A stretch of 64,000 bases of DNA from a virus (Duplodnaviria; Caudoviricetes): IMG/VR virus record IMGVR_UViG_3300042291_001013; one strand, given 5' to 3'. The notes below the pieces were generated by a model. The model saw nothing but the letters and a program-made list of their open reading frames with translations, did not search any database and was not told where the DNA came from. Made by a program: the position numbers and the translations under genes. Positions within the stretch are counted from its first letter, which is position 1. The number at the start of each line of letters is the position of its first letter. Below, one piece after another: positions 50,289 to 60,039 of this stretch.

Positions 50289-50545
50289 TAGAGAGTTTTG
50301 CCCACAGTCTCAAGAATTGTTTCTAATAGTTCGTGATCTTGTTTGGCTTTACCAAACTCAGCTTTGTGTGCCAGCTTGATAGCCTTCTTCAACACGCCCG
50401 GTTTAATTTCAAGCTCTTCAGCAATGGCCTTGACTGTATCATTCAGGCCGCCAGTTAGAGTCTCAATTTCCTGAGTCACTTGCATTCCTTCGTTGATAAG
50501 TTGGGTGAGTTTGATCTTTTGATCACCATTAAATGTTTTAATCAT
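50288..50545 (-). CDS. T4 DsbA-like dsDNA-binding protein
   Basis: LINEG...LNDTVKAIAEELEIKPGVLKKAIKLAHK. Confidence 0.65.
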   Translation of the reverse strand: MIKTFNGDQKIKLTQLINEGMQVTQEIETLTGGLNDTVKAIAEELEIKPGVLKKAIKLAHKAEFGKAKQDHELLETILETVGKTL

Positions 50546-50675
50546 AGTTTATTCCTTTGTTAAGTTTTTGATCACATCTGCTTTGAGTGTGCAACATGCA
50601 GTATAACAGACTTTGCCCAGCGTTGTCAAGTCCCTTTAGAATATTTTTTCCTTAAGTACTCGCACTACATACAAC

Positions 50676-51323
50676 ATGGACATTGTGGTAAACGACTATC
50701 TAACGTGGGAACGAGCAGAACAAGCAGATTTGGCTCCTGCACCTGTGTCGTGTGCTGTGCATTTTCCCGAATGGTGGAAAAATCTACGTGGTGATCTGCG
50801 TGAATATTTACCGGCCAGTGGAGACCACAGAAATCACACTGCAAGATTATGTTTGGGGCTACGCGGGGCAAGTCAATTGGGATGGACTATTCCATTGGAT
50901 GCTGTGTTGCATAATGGTATCACAGCCGGTGCCTGGCGGTATGGACATTTGCTACAAGAAATGTTGCATGGAACCGTCTGGGCTCAAAAGGTTGCCGGCG
51001 AATATGTGTGGGATAGGCCAATGATTTTGGCTTGGCCCTGGCGAGCCAAAATGGCACCCGGCTGGAGATTGTTAATGAATGACTATCCGCTGGACTGGCA
51101 TCAAGATTTTCATTGTTTTACTGGATACGTGGATGCCAACCATGGATCAGGATTTTGGGGATGGGCTCAGGAAATGCACAAAGAATTCAACTACTACAAT
51201 GTAGAAACTGTGGTAATAATGAAAAAACAAGCTCGCATCAACACAGGGTCAGCAGTGTTTTCAATGGTACCAGTATACGAACCAACCCATGTGCCTAAAC
51301 CATTCACTGGGTATCCATTTTAA
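50676..51323 (+). CDS. Hypothetical protein
   Basis: PEWWK...GWTIP...PGWRLL; divergently oriented. Confidence 0.7.
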   Translation: MDIVVNDYLTWERAEQADLAPAPVSCAVHFPEWWKNLRGDLREYLPASGDHRNHTARLCLGLRGASQLGWTIPLDAVLHNGITAGAWRYGHLLQEMLHGTVWAQKVAGEYVWDRPMILAWPWRAKMAPGWRLLMNDYPLDWHQDFHCFTGYVDANHGSGFWGWAQEMHKEFNYYNVETVVIMKKQARINTGSAVFSMVPVYEPTHVPKPFTGYPF

Positions 51324-51763
51324 GGCGTTGTCGGACTTGGTTGGATTGTGAGTGTGCCTTTAAATCTTACCGTTTGTCCGTTGAGTATTTGTAAACTGCC
51401 GGGACCGGTGTATGATGGATCATCACCGGTATGGCCAGAAATATCATAGGGCTGCCAGCCCAGAGTATCCCACACTGGCTGAGTAGAAATATTAAAATTC
51501 CCCAGGGTACAAGTATATCCGCAAATCAATATATCAGTATTCTCGGCCTTGATTTCAAAATCAAAATCCTTGATCTCAAAGATATTACTTGACACCGGCA
51601 AATTGATCAAAATTTCACGAGAATCTTGCGTGGACGAACTAGGCACCCAGTTTATTGTTGGCACCAGACTGAACTGTTGAGAAGTGCTGTCAAGCACAAT
51701 TGTGACCAGCGCACTGGTATCTGGTTTGACATGGCAATTTAATGTCAGAATGGACGTATACAT
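51320..51763 (-). CDS. Hypothetical beta-rich protein
   Basis: ORF track. Confidence 0.6.
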   Translation of the reverse strand: MYTSILTLNCHVKPDTSALVTIVLDSTSQQFSLVPTINWVPSSSTQDSREILINLPVSSNIFEIKDFDFEIKAENTDILICGYTCTLGNFNISTQPVWDTLGWQPYDISGHTGDDPSYTGPGSLQILNGQTVRFKGTLTIQPSPTTP

Positions 51764-51795
51764 ATTTTATCTTTCTTTCCACACAAGTTAACTGG

Positions 51796-52878
51796 CTATT
51801 TCATCGCCAATGCAATCAGACGTTGTTTATTGTGGCTACAGATTTGTCTGCTCTTTTGGTACAATTCAAGTTGTTGATTTACAGGCATACCAGCAACTTG
51901 TTGCACTATATTTATAATTTTTTGATATCTATCAGGACCTTCTAGTTGATCATAACTTTCGTCCCATAAATTATCAAAAGTTTTAAACCCCAACAATTGC
52001 ATCTGTTGCAAAAAATTCTTGGGAGCATACACCACCATGGGCTTTTGGGCCACCATGGTTCTTATGGTCTTCTCACTGGGAGTAAATGTAGTTCCCCTGG
52101 TCATAGTTTCAAATGTGATTTCAAAAAGATATTTCCCACTAATATCAATTAAATTTTTAGTAGGGACAGCATTTCGATTTTCGCCACAGTTGGCATTGGT
52201 GTATTGGTCAATAGCATTGTATCCATCTATGGAGTGAACCGGCATGTCAAAACAAAAATTACGAAAGTGTTGGTGCGCGGATATTTTCTCAACAGGATCA
52301 ACAACTGGCATCCAATCACTCAATTGATCATGTATCATGTGGCTGTGATCAAACGGTTGTGATGTAGGAGGCTCTGTTTCGTTCATCTTGCTGAGCAAGC
52401 AGGCTTGCTTCAGTGCCGGGTCATGCCAAATATCATACAAGGCCAGCAATCTGGGAGTAGTTCGTCTTCCTACAAACAATGCCCATGGTTTCCAGTTTGA
52501 CTCTAGGTGTGTATCTGCATCATCCCAGTATGCACGACATCTGCTAAATTCGTCACTGACTGTGAACTGTTTCCAAAAGAGATTTGTCCAAGGTGCATCA
52601 GTTGACAATGCATTTGGGCTAAAGATAAAAACAGAATCTGCTGATCTTTCAGTTTCTTTCATGACCTTGTCAACTGCTGACACTACCCCGGCTGTTGATA
52701 GACTCAACCCTTCAAAGCGCACATGAATTACCACATGGTCTGACAACGGTGCATTTCTAAAAGCATTGCAAAATTCTTGTTGGTTGATCCAGTAGTCCCC
52801 ATCAACCTGTAAATATACCACAGTGACATTGTGCCGCCCGGCCAATCTTTTCATCTGCTCAAGGTCAAAATCTGTCAT
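51796..52878 (-). CDS. Putative GT-B (GT10-like) glycosyltransferase, paralog 2
   Basis: EITFET...SEKTIR...PMVVY...LGFKTFDNLWDESYD. Confidence 0.55.
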   Translation of the reverse strand: MTDFDLEQMKRLAGRHNVTVVYLQVDGDYWINQQEFCNAFRNAPLSDHVVIHVRFEGLSLSTAGVVSAVDKVMKETERSADSVFIFSPNALSTDAPWTNLFWKQFTVSDEFSRCRAYWDDADTHLESNWKPWALFVGRRTTPRLLALYDIWHDPALKQACLLSKMNETEPPTSQPFDHSHMIHDQLSDWMPVVDPVEKISAHQHFRNFCFDMPVHSIDGYNAIDQYTNANCGENRNAVPTKNLIDISGKYLFEITFETMTRGTTFTPSEKTIRTMVAQKPMVVYAPKNFLQQMQLLGFKTFDNLWDESYDQLEGPDRYQKIINIVQQVAGMPVNQQLELYQKSRQICSHNKQRLIALAMK

Positions 52879-53717
52879 CTTTGTATCACATTAACACGAT
52901 GTTCAATTACAGAATTGGTATCCGCGGCAGTGGGACACTGTTTGCATATGGCATGCACATGCCCAAAATTTTTGGCAAAATGGTTGATTACCACAGGGTC
53001 AGATTGCAAGTCAATACTGCCATTGGTTGCATGATCAAAGTATTCTTTCCAGGCTGCCTCATTGGCACCGCCGTGGGCTGACCATGCTTCTTGAACAAGA
53101 GCCGACGTTGAGCATTTGTAGATTTTGCCTTTCCATAGCATGGGGCATGTGGCTTGATGACAATTAGCATAGGCCCTGTCAGGATCAGACTGCCAGGGTT
53201 GCATGTTGGTGTAAGTGCCCTGAAATGTTTGTGTAAATTTTGTAGGTGTGTTTATCTGTAATCGTAGGCCAGTGTCGGTTATCCATCGATCTAGTCCATA
53301 CTCATGTATAGGTGTCCATGTATAACTGCTACGCAATCGAGTCAGCACTGAATCAATATTGCCAGTATGGTCAGTAATTTTAAGAACAGCATTGCCATCT
53401 TGATACAACCATTCTACAACTTTCCAGTGTTTTTCGAGCAACAATCCATTGGTAGGAAAACGTATACGACTATCAGGAAGCAATTCGCGAACACCGTTTA
53501 ACCAGGTCAACACATGAGGATTGATCAAGGGCTCTCCTCCCATGAATCCAATATCTTCAATTGAAATTTTTTCTAACCACTGTTGTAACCAGTGTTGAGT
53601 TGTGGACCAGTCTGCGTAGCCTTGGTGGCGATAATCACTGTAGGTACTACAGCCGTGACAACTTAGATTGCAGACCTGTGTCAACATTATTTCTAAAAAA
53701 GGCAATACAGGTTTCAT
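52875..53717 (-). CDS. Radical SAM protein
   Basis: CNLSCHGC, MGGEP, TNG; C-terminal Cys cluster. Confidence 0.88.
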   Translation of the reverse strand: MKPVLPFLEIMLTQVCNLSCHGCSTYSDYRHQGYADWSTTQHWLQQWLEKISIEDIGFMGGEPLINPHVLTWLNGVRELLPDSRIRFPTNGLLLEKHWKVVEWLYQDGNAVLKITDHTGNIDSVLTRLRSSYTWTPIHEYGLDRWITDTGLRLQINTPTKFTQTFQGTYTNMQPWQSDPDRAYANCHQATCPMLWKGKIYKCSTSALVQEAWSAHGGANEAAWKEYFDHATNGSIDLQSDPVVINHFAKNFGHVHAICKQCPTAADTNSVIEHRVNVIQR

Positions 53718-53729
53718 TACTAGATGTAG

Positions 53730-53822
53730 GTGCTCACTTTAGGGTACGCAGTAGCGAATTGTTTCCCCAAGGCAGCAGCCGCCTCACACTTACGGTAACA
53801 AGTACCGGTCCTAAGGTGTGTT
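53730..53822 (-). ncRNA. Candidate structured intergenic RNA
   Basis: Bulged 13-bp hairpin CACAC-TTA-CGGTA/TACCG-TAA-GTGTG; TTAGG/CCTAA alternative pairing. Confidence 0.35.
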
Positions 53823-53825
53823 GGT

Positions 53826-56459
53826 TTAGCCCCGGCGAGCAAACTCTCTGCGGCGTTGTGCGCCAACTTGTGTCACGTGTTCAATCAGTCGATTGCGTAC
53901 AGCAAAAGCTGATTCAGTTACAGCACCGTACTTGACAAACGTTTGGTCAATAAACTGTTTGATCTTGGCAACGTCTTCTTTGGTTTCAACCATGTTGAGC
54001 ATTTCTGCTACGGGTTTCTTCAATGCATTAAACACACGACTCTCAGGCATGGCAGGAGCACCAATGCGTCTAATGTACTCATCCTTACTTAACTGTCCTG
54101 GTTGTGCGGCAGCTTTTACGCCAGCGCCACCACCTGCAGGTAGATTGAGGTTGTATTTGACACCAGGTGCCTTGGGCGCCGAAGGAGCCGCTGGTGCTGT
54201 GGGAGCCTTCATTCCTGGAATACCAGTCATGGGCTTGACACTCATAGTAGTCTTGCCATAGCCTGTGGGGCCACTTGCAAAACTAGCAGGCTTGGCTGGA
54301 GCAGGTGCCTTGGCATACTTTTCCATACCAGGCAAGTTCATTACGTTAGTAGCATTGAAACCAGGTTGTGCAGTTGTAGCAGTCTTGGCGGCTGTGGTAG
54401 ATGTAGTAGCGGCTGGTGCTGGTGCTGGTGCTGGTGTTGTGCCAGCTTGTGACTTGGCCTGCAACTCATCATAAGTCCAGGGTTTCTTGGTGGCTGGATT
54501 GGTACCATAGAACGGCATAGATTTTTGTGCGCCACCAGCAGTGGTTGCTTGTGGTTCAGCGGCTTGTGCCTTGGCTGGGTCAGCCTGCGGGGTATAAGGA
54601 ATACCCATCTTGCCATACACGCTGGTAACAACTTCTTGTGGTACGCCCTGTTTGGCCAACCAAGCAGCCAATTGATCTGAATCACTGGGCTTGCCAGCCT
54701 GGTGCCAGTTCATCTTGAGTTTTTCTTTTGTGACGTTGGTAGTAAACTGATGTCCAAAATTGCTCAGTGCACCGCCTACTTTTTTAACGCCTCGATCTAG
54801 TGCATTAAGACCACGACCAATTAGGCCAGGCTTTTTGTCTGGTTTCGTTGGAGCATCCATCATGTCTGGACGATAGTATTCTGGGCGTGTACTTCCAGGA
54901 ACACCCTTGAGTTCCATGATGGCTTTGCGATAACGGTCAACGTTCTCAAACACTGTGTATGTGCCAACCGTGGTTAAATTAAAACTAGTGCTCCGGCGAC
55001 CAACACTTTCGTTCAAGGCCCAACTCATCACAGTGCTCTTTTGATCAATCAGTTTGTCAGCTGGCAGCTTGAGCAACCGTACAGCAGGCAACCAACTTTC
55101 CTGTACTGGGTTTGAAAATTCTTGTGGGTTAAAATTCTTGATGTAGGCTTTGTCGCCTCTGATATAAGCAGTTACGTCTTGGCCAGCATAGTTTACTTGA
55201 ACTGCTTCGCTGCCAGGGCCAATTCTTGGCTGTATACCACCTTCAGGGAAAGCATAGGCCTGCACTTCTCTTCCGTCTGGAAGAGTCAATGTACCACTGG
55301 TGCCACCGTCAGGGAAAGACAATGAAGGTCCTGAGGGTGTTGTGGCACCAGCAAAATTGGCAGCATCTGGACTACCCAGTTGTTCTGGCCCTTGTGAAGC
55401 AGGAGCAACTCCTGGTGCGCTTGTATCTGTACCTTGCCACACACTTCCTGTGTTTGGTCCACTTGGTGGCAGTTGTAGTTCTGTGCCCACAGGCAATTTG
55501 GTCCAGTCGGTAATATCTGGATTCATTGCTTGAAGATCTTTAAACGGAACTCCTTGCGCTTGGGCAATAAATCCGCCTTGATCACCTTGCATCACAGTGT
55601 ATGTGCCACCACCCACAGGATCTGTAGCGGCAGCAAAGTTATCAGCAGGAACTGTTGGATCACCTGAGCCGCCAAATATTTTTCCTGCGGCCCAGGCTGT
55701 GGCTGCCGCTCCGCCAGCTTTGAGTGCAATGTCTGACAGTTTATCGCCTTTGATAGATGAATCTAAGCCGTATACCAGAGCTGCCACAGCAGGCAGTCCA
55801 GCACCACCTGTGGCTAAACCAGCAATACCAACCAAGGCCGCTTTGGCCAGGCCAGAGGTCTTGGGATACTGTTTGGCCAGCATGCGATACTTCTTGATGG
55901 CCTGCATCACTGCACCTTTTTGCCCGCCAGACAGTTTGGCCAGCGCATCAGTGGCTTGGTCATAGGCCGCGTCCAATGCGTCCACAGGCACTGAATTTTG
56001 TATTCCGGCCCACACGCCTTTAAGGGCATCAGCTACGCCGCCAGCAAAGTCCATGGTGGTATCTTTGCCACGACCCAGCATGGTACGATTGGCTCCGGTG
56101 CCTTTATCGGTCATGCCTGCTTCGGCATCAGCAAACACTTGTAAGATTTCTTTTTCGCTCATGCGGCGTTCAGCAATGTACTGACCCACACGCTTGAAGT
56201 TGCGATAAACAGGGTCTTCCATTAGACGAGCTTCGTTGAGCCGGCTTTCGCCTAGTCCTCTAGATCTCAAACTCTTTTCGTAGTAGGACTCTTCGTCGTT
56301 GGGCGGATCATAATCGTCGTCTTCAGGTGGATCCACATCGTCGTCTTCGGGGTCTTCAGCGTCACGATCGTTATAGTAATCTACATCGCTGTCATAGTTG
56401 CGAGGATCAATCTCGTTGAGTTTTTTCTTGTCGTCTTCAAATAGTTGGTCTAGTATCAT
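53826..56459 (-). CDS. Large LysM-containing virion/internal protein
   Basis: LysM YTVMQGD...IAQAQGV...LQAMNPDI...PVGTELQLP; acidic N-terminus; Ala/Pro-rich linker; start trimmed to MILDQLFE. Confidence 0.75.
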   Translation of the reverse strand: MILDQLFEDDKKKLNEIDPRNYDSDVDYYNDRDAEDPEDDDVDPPEDDDYDPPNDEESYYEKSLRSRGLGESRLNEARLMEDPVYRNFKRVGQYIAERRMSEKEILQVFADAEAGMTDKGTGANRTMLGRGKDTTMDFAGGVADALKGVWAGIQNSVPVDALDAAYDQATDALAKLSGGQKGAVMQAIKKYRMLAKQYPKTSGLAKAALVGIAGLATGGAGLPAVAALVYGLDSSIKGDKLSDIALKAGGAAATAWAAGKIFGGSGDPTVPADNFAAATDPVGGGTYTVMQGDQGGFIAQAQGVPFKDLQAMNPDITDWTKLPVGTELQLPPSGPNTGSVWQGTDTSAPGVAPASQGPEQLGSPDAANFAGATTPSGPSLSFPDGGTSGTLTLPDGREVQAYAFPEGGIQPRIGPGSEAVQVNYAGQDVTAYIRGDKAYIKNFNPQEFSNPVQESWLPAVRLLKLPADKLIDQKSTVMSWALNESVGRRSTSFNLTTVGTYTVFENVDRYRKAIMELKGVPGSTRPEYYRPDMMDAPTKPDKKPGLIGRGLNALDRGVKKVGGALSNFGHQFTTNVTKEKLKMNWHQAGKPSDSDQLAAWLAKQGVPQEVVTSVYGKMGIPYTPQADPAKAQAAEPQATTAGGAQKSMPFYGTNPATKKPWTYDELQAKSQAGTTPAPAPAPAATTSTTAAKTATTAQPGFNATNVMNLPGMEKYAKAPAPAKPASFASGPTGYGKTTMSVKPMTGIPGMKAPTAPAAPSAPKAPGVKYNLNLPAGGGAGVKAAAQPGQLSKDEYIRRIGAPAMPESRVFNALKKPVAEMLNMVETKEDVAKIKQFIDQTFVKYGAVTESAFAVRNRLIEHVTQVGAQRRREFARRG

Positions 56460-56460
56460 A

Positions 56461-57225
56461 TCAACGTTCTTCCAGATAATCTTGATTGGCGTCCTGTTGC
56501 GCGGCCTCCCTGCGCTTTTGGAACAAACGCATGGCCATGTCTGCATGACCCAAGCGCGGGAAACGTGTAGCCAACTTGCGATCGCCACGACGTAGTTCAT
56601 ATCCTTGAGTGTCATCGCCCCAGCATTCTACGCTGGTGCCGTCAGTCATTTCATACACACGAGCAGGACTGCCGACGGCCTTGCTCAAAATTTCTACACC
56701 ACGATCAGTGTCAGTTAAGTTTTCGCCTACAGGTGCAGTGGGCTGACTCATGGCCTGTGCCACATGGTCTTCAATGCCGTGTGCAGTTTCTGTGTCTGCG
56801 GCATCCTCAGGACCAGAAACAGGTGCTACATCTGCGTCCCAGGTGGCAGCTTCTTCAGTCTGTGGATCATCGTCAATGTTGAGCTCAGCCTTGGCCTTGC
56901 GTATTAGACGCTGATCAATTTTGTTTTTCTTTTCCAGCGTTTCAAGATAGTCAGCAAAGCGACCCTTGACCTTGCTGATCATGTCTTCTTCAACTTCTTG
57001 CATGGCTTCGGCCAGAGCATTTTCGCCTACCATGTAGCCATCCATGGGATGAGCCTGATAGGGCTTTTTCTTTAGTGTGGGGCTGATGTCACGGGGCTTG
57101 AACAAGGCCGGCAACTGCGGCACACGTTCTTGCTGACCAGTCATGCTGCCGCGAGGGCTGACCGGTACAGTCCTGCCTTCAACCAGAGCCAGGCGCTCTA
57201 GTATGCTTCTAATGTCATTGCTCAT
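56461..57225 (-). CDS. Hypothetical (probable internal head) protein
   Basis: MSNDIRSILERLALVE N-terminus; repeated VGE-N. Confidence 0.65.
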   Translation of the reverse strand: MSNDIRSILERLALVEGRTVPVSPRGSMTGQQERVPQLPALFKPRDISPTLKKKPYQAHPMDGYMVGENALAEAMQEVEEDMISKVKGRFADYLETLEKKNKIDQRLIRKAKAELNIDDDPQTEEAATWDADVAPVSGPEDAADTETAHGIEDHVAQAMSQPTAPVGENLTDTDRGVEILSKAVGSPARVYEMTDGTSVECWGDDTQGYELRRGDRKLATRFPRLGHADMAMRLFQKRREAAQQDANQDYLEER

Positions 57226-57665
57226 GCTCTATCTTCTTTCAAGAAACTTCTCAGCATCCAGCCGTGCTTTTGATGAGCATCAATGCGTTCTGCTATAAAA
57301 TTTACAATGCCTTGCTGATTCTCTTGTTCAGCGGTGGCAAATGTTTCGTTGAGTAGATCAAGCATTTGACCATTGTTGGCCAAGAGCTCTTCAATCATGA
57401 GTCGGGCACGTGGAATCTTTGTTTGCCCTTTGATAGTGGTGAGTTCACTAAAGCGTTCATAACTGCCGGGTGCATAGTCGCCCAGAGCACGAACGTATTC
57501 TGCTGTTCGGTCTATACTGTTGTTGTAGACTTCTTCGTACAAGTTACCAAAAAACTCATGCAACTGAGCAAAGTCAGGTCCTTCCACGTTCCAGTGAAAC
57601 TGCTGAGCCTTGAGACTGAAAGCATATTCAGTTGCTAGGAGAATTTTTAAACTGTCCGCGAGCAT
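57222..57665 (-). CDS. dps: Dps/ferritin-like protein
   Basis: HWNVEGPDFAQLHEFF..LY...DRTAE ferroxidase motif; H.KHGWMLR. Confidence 0.93.
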   Translation of the reverse strand: MLADSLKILLATEYAFSLKAQQFHWNVEGPDFAQLHEFFGNLYEEVYNNSIDRTAEYVRALGDYAPGSYERFSELTTIKGQTKIPRARLMIEELLANNGQMLDLLNETFATAEQENQQGIVNFIAERIDAHQKHGWMLRSFLKEDRA

Positions 57666-57837
57666 GTTTGTTCCTTTTGTATTCTTTTGGGGTGTTCGGT
57701 GTAGGATCAGAGCCCGTTACATATTTACCTGTCAACATTGATCCGCCATTTCTAGAAATGGCACCACCCAGGGGCATGGCCACTGTGGCTACCGAGCCAG
57801 ATGTGGTGGTTTCTAAAATGAATTCATTGGCTCTCAT
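57628..57837 (-). CDS. Small protein with T4 CTS-like N-terminus (MRANEFILE)
   Basis: ETTTSGSVATVAMP...; GGAG SD. Confidence 0.6.
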   Translation of the reverse strand: MRANEFILETTTSGSVATVAMPLGGAISRNGGSMLTGKYVTGSDPTPNTPKEYKRNKHARGQFKNSPSN

Positions 57838-58135
57838 TGCGTGTCTCCGGTGTATATATTTGGATTTCTCCGGCCTTGGTTATTATGGCTGGACCAGTTT
57901 CAATACGCAAGTCGCCAATGCGCAATCGAGCATGCTCAGGATCAAGGCATTCATAACGCACTTCGTATTTGCCCGGCGGAGCTTCAATCTGTATTGATTC
58001 ATCAATGTAAAAATCATGCCAGATCCAAGTGCGCTCGGCAAACAATTCCCCGCCAACCCAGAGTCTATAACGTGGATGCGGGCCAGTCCAACGCATGTCA
58101 ACATTGGCTCGTGCTATAACAAATTCGTTTTGCAT
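57824..58135 (-). CDS. Conserved phage hypothetical protein
   Basis: YRLWVGGELFAERTWIW; TAAATA at 58142-58147. Confidence 0.7.
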   Translation of the reverse strand: MQNEFVIARANVDMRWTGPHPRYRLWVGGELFAERTWIWHDFYIDESIQIEAPPGKYEVRYECLDPEHARLRIGDLRIETGPAIITKAGEIQIYTPETRNESQ

Positions 58136-58141
58136 AAATGA

Positions 58142-58169
58142 TATTTAGCGTAATAGACGTCTATAAATA
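58142..58169. promoter_or_regulatory. Back-to-back late promoters
   Basis: TAAATA on minus (58147-58142) and T4 consensus TATAAATA on plus (58162-58169). Confidence 0.7.
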
Positions 58170-58174
58170 TTGCT

Positions 58175-59167
58175 ATGTTAAAATCAACGGATATTCGCCG
58201 TGTACATATAGAATTGACCACTCGTTGCAATGCACGTTGTCCCATGTGTATGCGCAACTATCGAGGCAGTGACTACAATTCTGGTTATCCTGACACAGAA
58301 TTAAGTCTGGACCATATTCAAAAGATATTTCAGCCTGCCTTTTTGGCCCAATTAGAACGAGTTAATTTTAATGGCAATCTAGGTGATTTTGCCCTGGCCC
58401 GTGACGCCAGAGAAATAGTGCAATTCTTTTTGGCTGCAGGGGTGCAAGTAGACATCAATACCAATGGTAGTTTGCGATCTGAATCATGGTGGGCTAGTCT
58501 AGCACAGCCTGGAGTGTCAGTGGGCTGGGCCATTGACGGCTTGGCAGATACACATGCCCTGTACAGACAAGACACAGACTGGCTCAAGGTCACTGCCAAT
58601 GCTCGAGCCTTTATTGAGGCCGGGGGTCGTGCCACCTGGCGCTTTATTCCGTTTGAACACAATCAACATCAGCAAGCAGAATGTGAACAACTCAGTCGTG
58701 ACTGGGGCTTTTGGCGCTTTGAAAACATCTGGGACGGACGTGATCGCGGACCTGTGTACACACGTGGGGGAGACTTTAGTCACGATATTGGCAAGCCCTA
58801 TGAGTCAACTCCCACTAGAGTAGAGCCGCTACGTGAAAGTCACATCACCTGGTACAATGCACAAACTGTGCAACACGAACGTGACAGTGACAAATTAAAT
58901 CTTTTCTGTGTACACAAAAAGAATCAAGAAATATATCTAGCCGCAGATGGCACAGTGTATCCCTGTTGCTATTTGGGGTTCTATCCTGATTCCATGCATC
59001 ATCCCGGCAATGTCGAACTGCGTGAGCTAGTGACAGAAAATAACGCATTGGACTACCCACTGGAGCATTGCTTGAACTGGTTTGACTCAGTAGAATCAAG
59101 CTGGGATCAACCCTCCATTGCTCAAGGACGCACCTATCAGTGTGTGGCCAGTTGTAACAGACCATGA
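58175..59167 (+). CDS. Radical SAM protein with SPASM/Twitch-like domain
   Basis: CNARCPMC, GNLGD, TNG, VYPCC, C-terminal CVASC. Confidence 0.9.
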   Translation: MLKSTDIRRVHIELTTRCNARCPMCMRNYRGSDYNSGYPDTELSLDHIQKIFQPAFLAQLERVNFNGNLGDFALARDAREIVQFFLAAGVQVDINTNGSLRSESWWASLAQPGVSVGWAIDGLADTHALYRQDTDWLKVTANARAFIEAGGRATWRFIPFEHNQHQQAECEQLSRDWGFWRFENIWDGRDRGPVYTRGGDFSHDIGKPYESTPTRVEPLRESHITWYNAQTVQHERDSDKLNLFCVHKKNQEIYLAADGTVYPCCYLGFYPDSMHHPGNVELRELVTENNALDYPLEHCLNWFDSVESSWDQPSIAQGRTYQCVASCNRP

Positions 59168-60039
59168 CCACACGAATTCTTTTTTTAGCACGTTATAGAA
59201 TACCGCATGCTTGCTTTAGCCTGCAATGGGATCACAACCTAGTGGATGTTGATCGCACCATTATTGCCAGCCCTGTGCCACAGGCAGAAATATGGCAGGC
59301 ATTTCACGCACACGGCATTGACTGTAGTCAATTTGAGTACATAAATGACGCAGTAATATTTTCTCAGTATCCTGAAGTTGAAAACTGGGTATTTGCCGAT
59401 GACTATCGTGGCTGGTGGTTGCGCCAACAAGCAATCAAATTGGCCTACCTGGATCTAATCAATGCAGACGTCATGCTCATGCACGATCCTGACACGTTTC
59501 AGATACAGCCTTACAGTGCTGTGCAAGCAGACTGTTTGAATCTGCTGGCCATAAAAGACACTGAACAAGGCAGTTACCGCGGAGTATTTGAAGCCATTAC
59601 AGGTATACCACACCCCAGCCCACACTGCTATGTAACAGAATTGTGTGCTGTGCGCGGTGCGGACTTTCAAGCCCTAAAGAGTCATTTACTGAATCGTTGG
59701 CCAGAAAAGAAATGGCTGGATGCCATTATTCAAGCAGTGCCCGGCATGCCCACAGTACCGCCCTGGGGTACAGGCAACATTATCAAATGGTTCTCAGAAT
59801 ATGAACTGCTGGGTAACTGGGCTGTGACACAAGGTTCTGTTGAACATCAGTGGCAGATTCGACACGAGTATGATAGCTTAAATAAGCTAGCAGACTTTAC
59901 TAATGAACACACAGCCGTATGCGATGCTGTGCCAGACTTGAGCTCAAGCATGCGATTAACTGAACAGGGCACAGTAGAGCACTACGCCCAGTACACTGAA
60001 CTAGTCAAGGAAAGACAAAATGAGTTACGAATTATATAA
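59164..60039 (+). CDS. DUF6492-like (putative GT-A) protein
   Basis: GWWLRQQAIKL, MHDPD, FSEYELLG. Confidence 0.6.
   Translation: MTTRILFLARYRIPHACFSLQWDHNLVDVDRTIIASPVPQAEIWQAFHAHGIDCSQFEYINDAVIFSQYPEVENWVFADDYRGWWLRQQAIKLAYLDLINADVMLMHDPDTFQIQPYSAVQADCLNLLAIKDTEQGSYRGVFEAITGIPHPSPHCYVTELCAVRGADFQALKSHLLNRWPEKKWLDAIIQAVPGMPTVPPWGTGNIIKWFSEYELLGNWAVTQGSVEHQWQIRHEYDSLNKLADFTNEHTAVCDAVPDLSSSMRLTEQGTVEHYAQYTELVKERQNELRII

Noticed and set aside
53795-53840. Twister ribozyme (plus-strand CCGGTCCTAAG resembles the P4 loop)
   Set aside because: The closing P4 strand and P1/P2 partners could not be found; kept only as a generic structured-RNA candidate.
56300-56360. Short tandem repeat ATCGTCGTCTTC
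   Set aside because: It simply encodes the acidic DPEDDD/PPEDDD repeat of the LysM protein.
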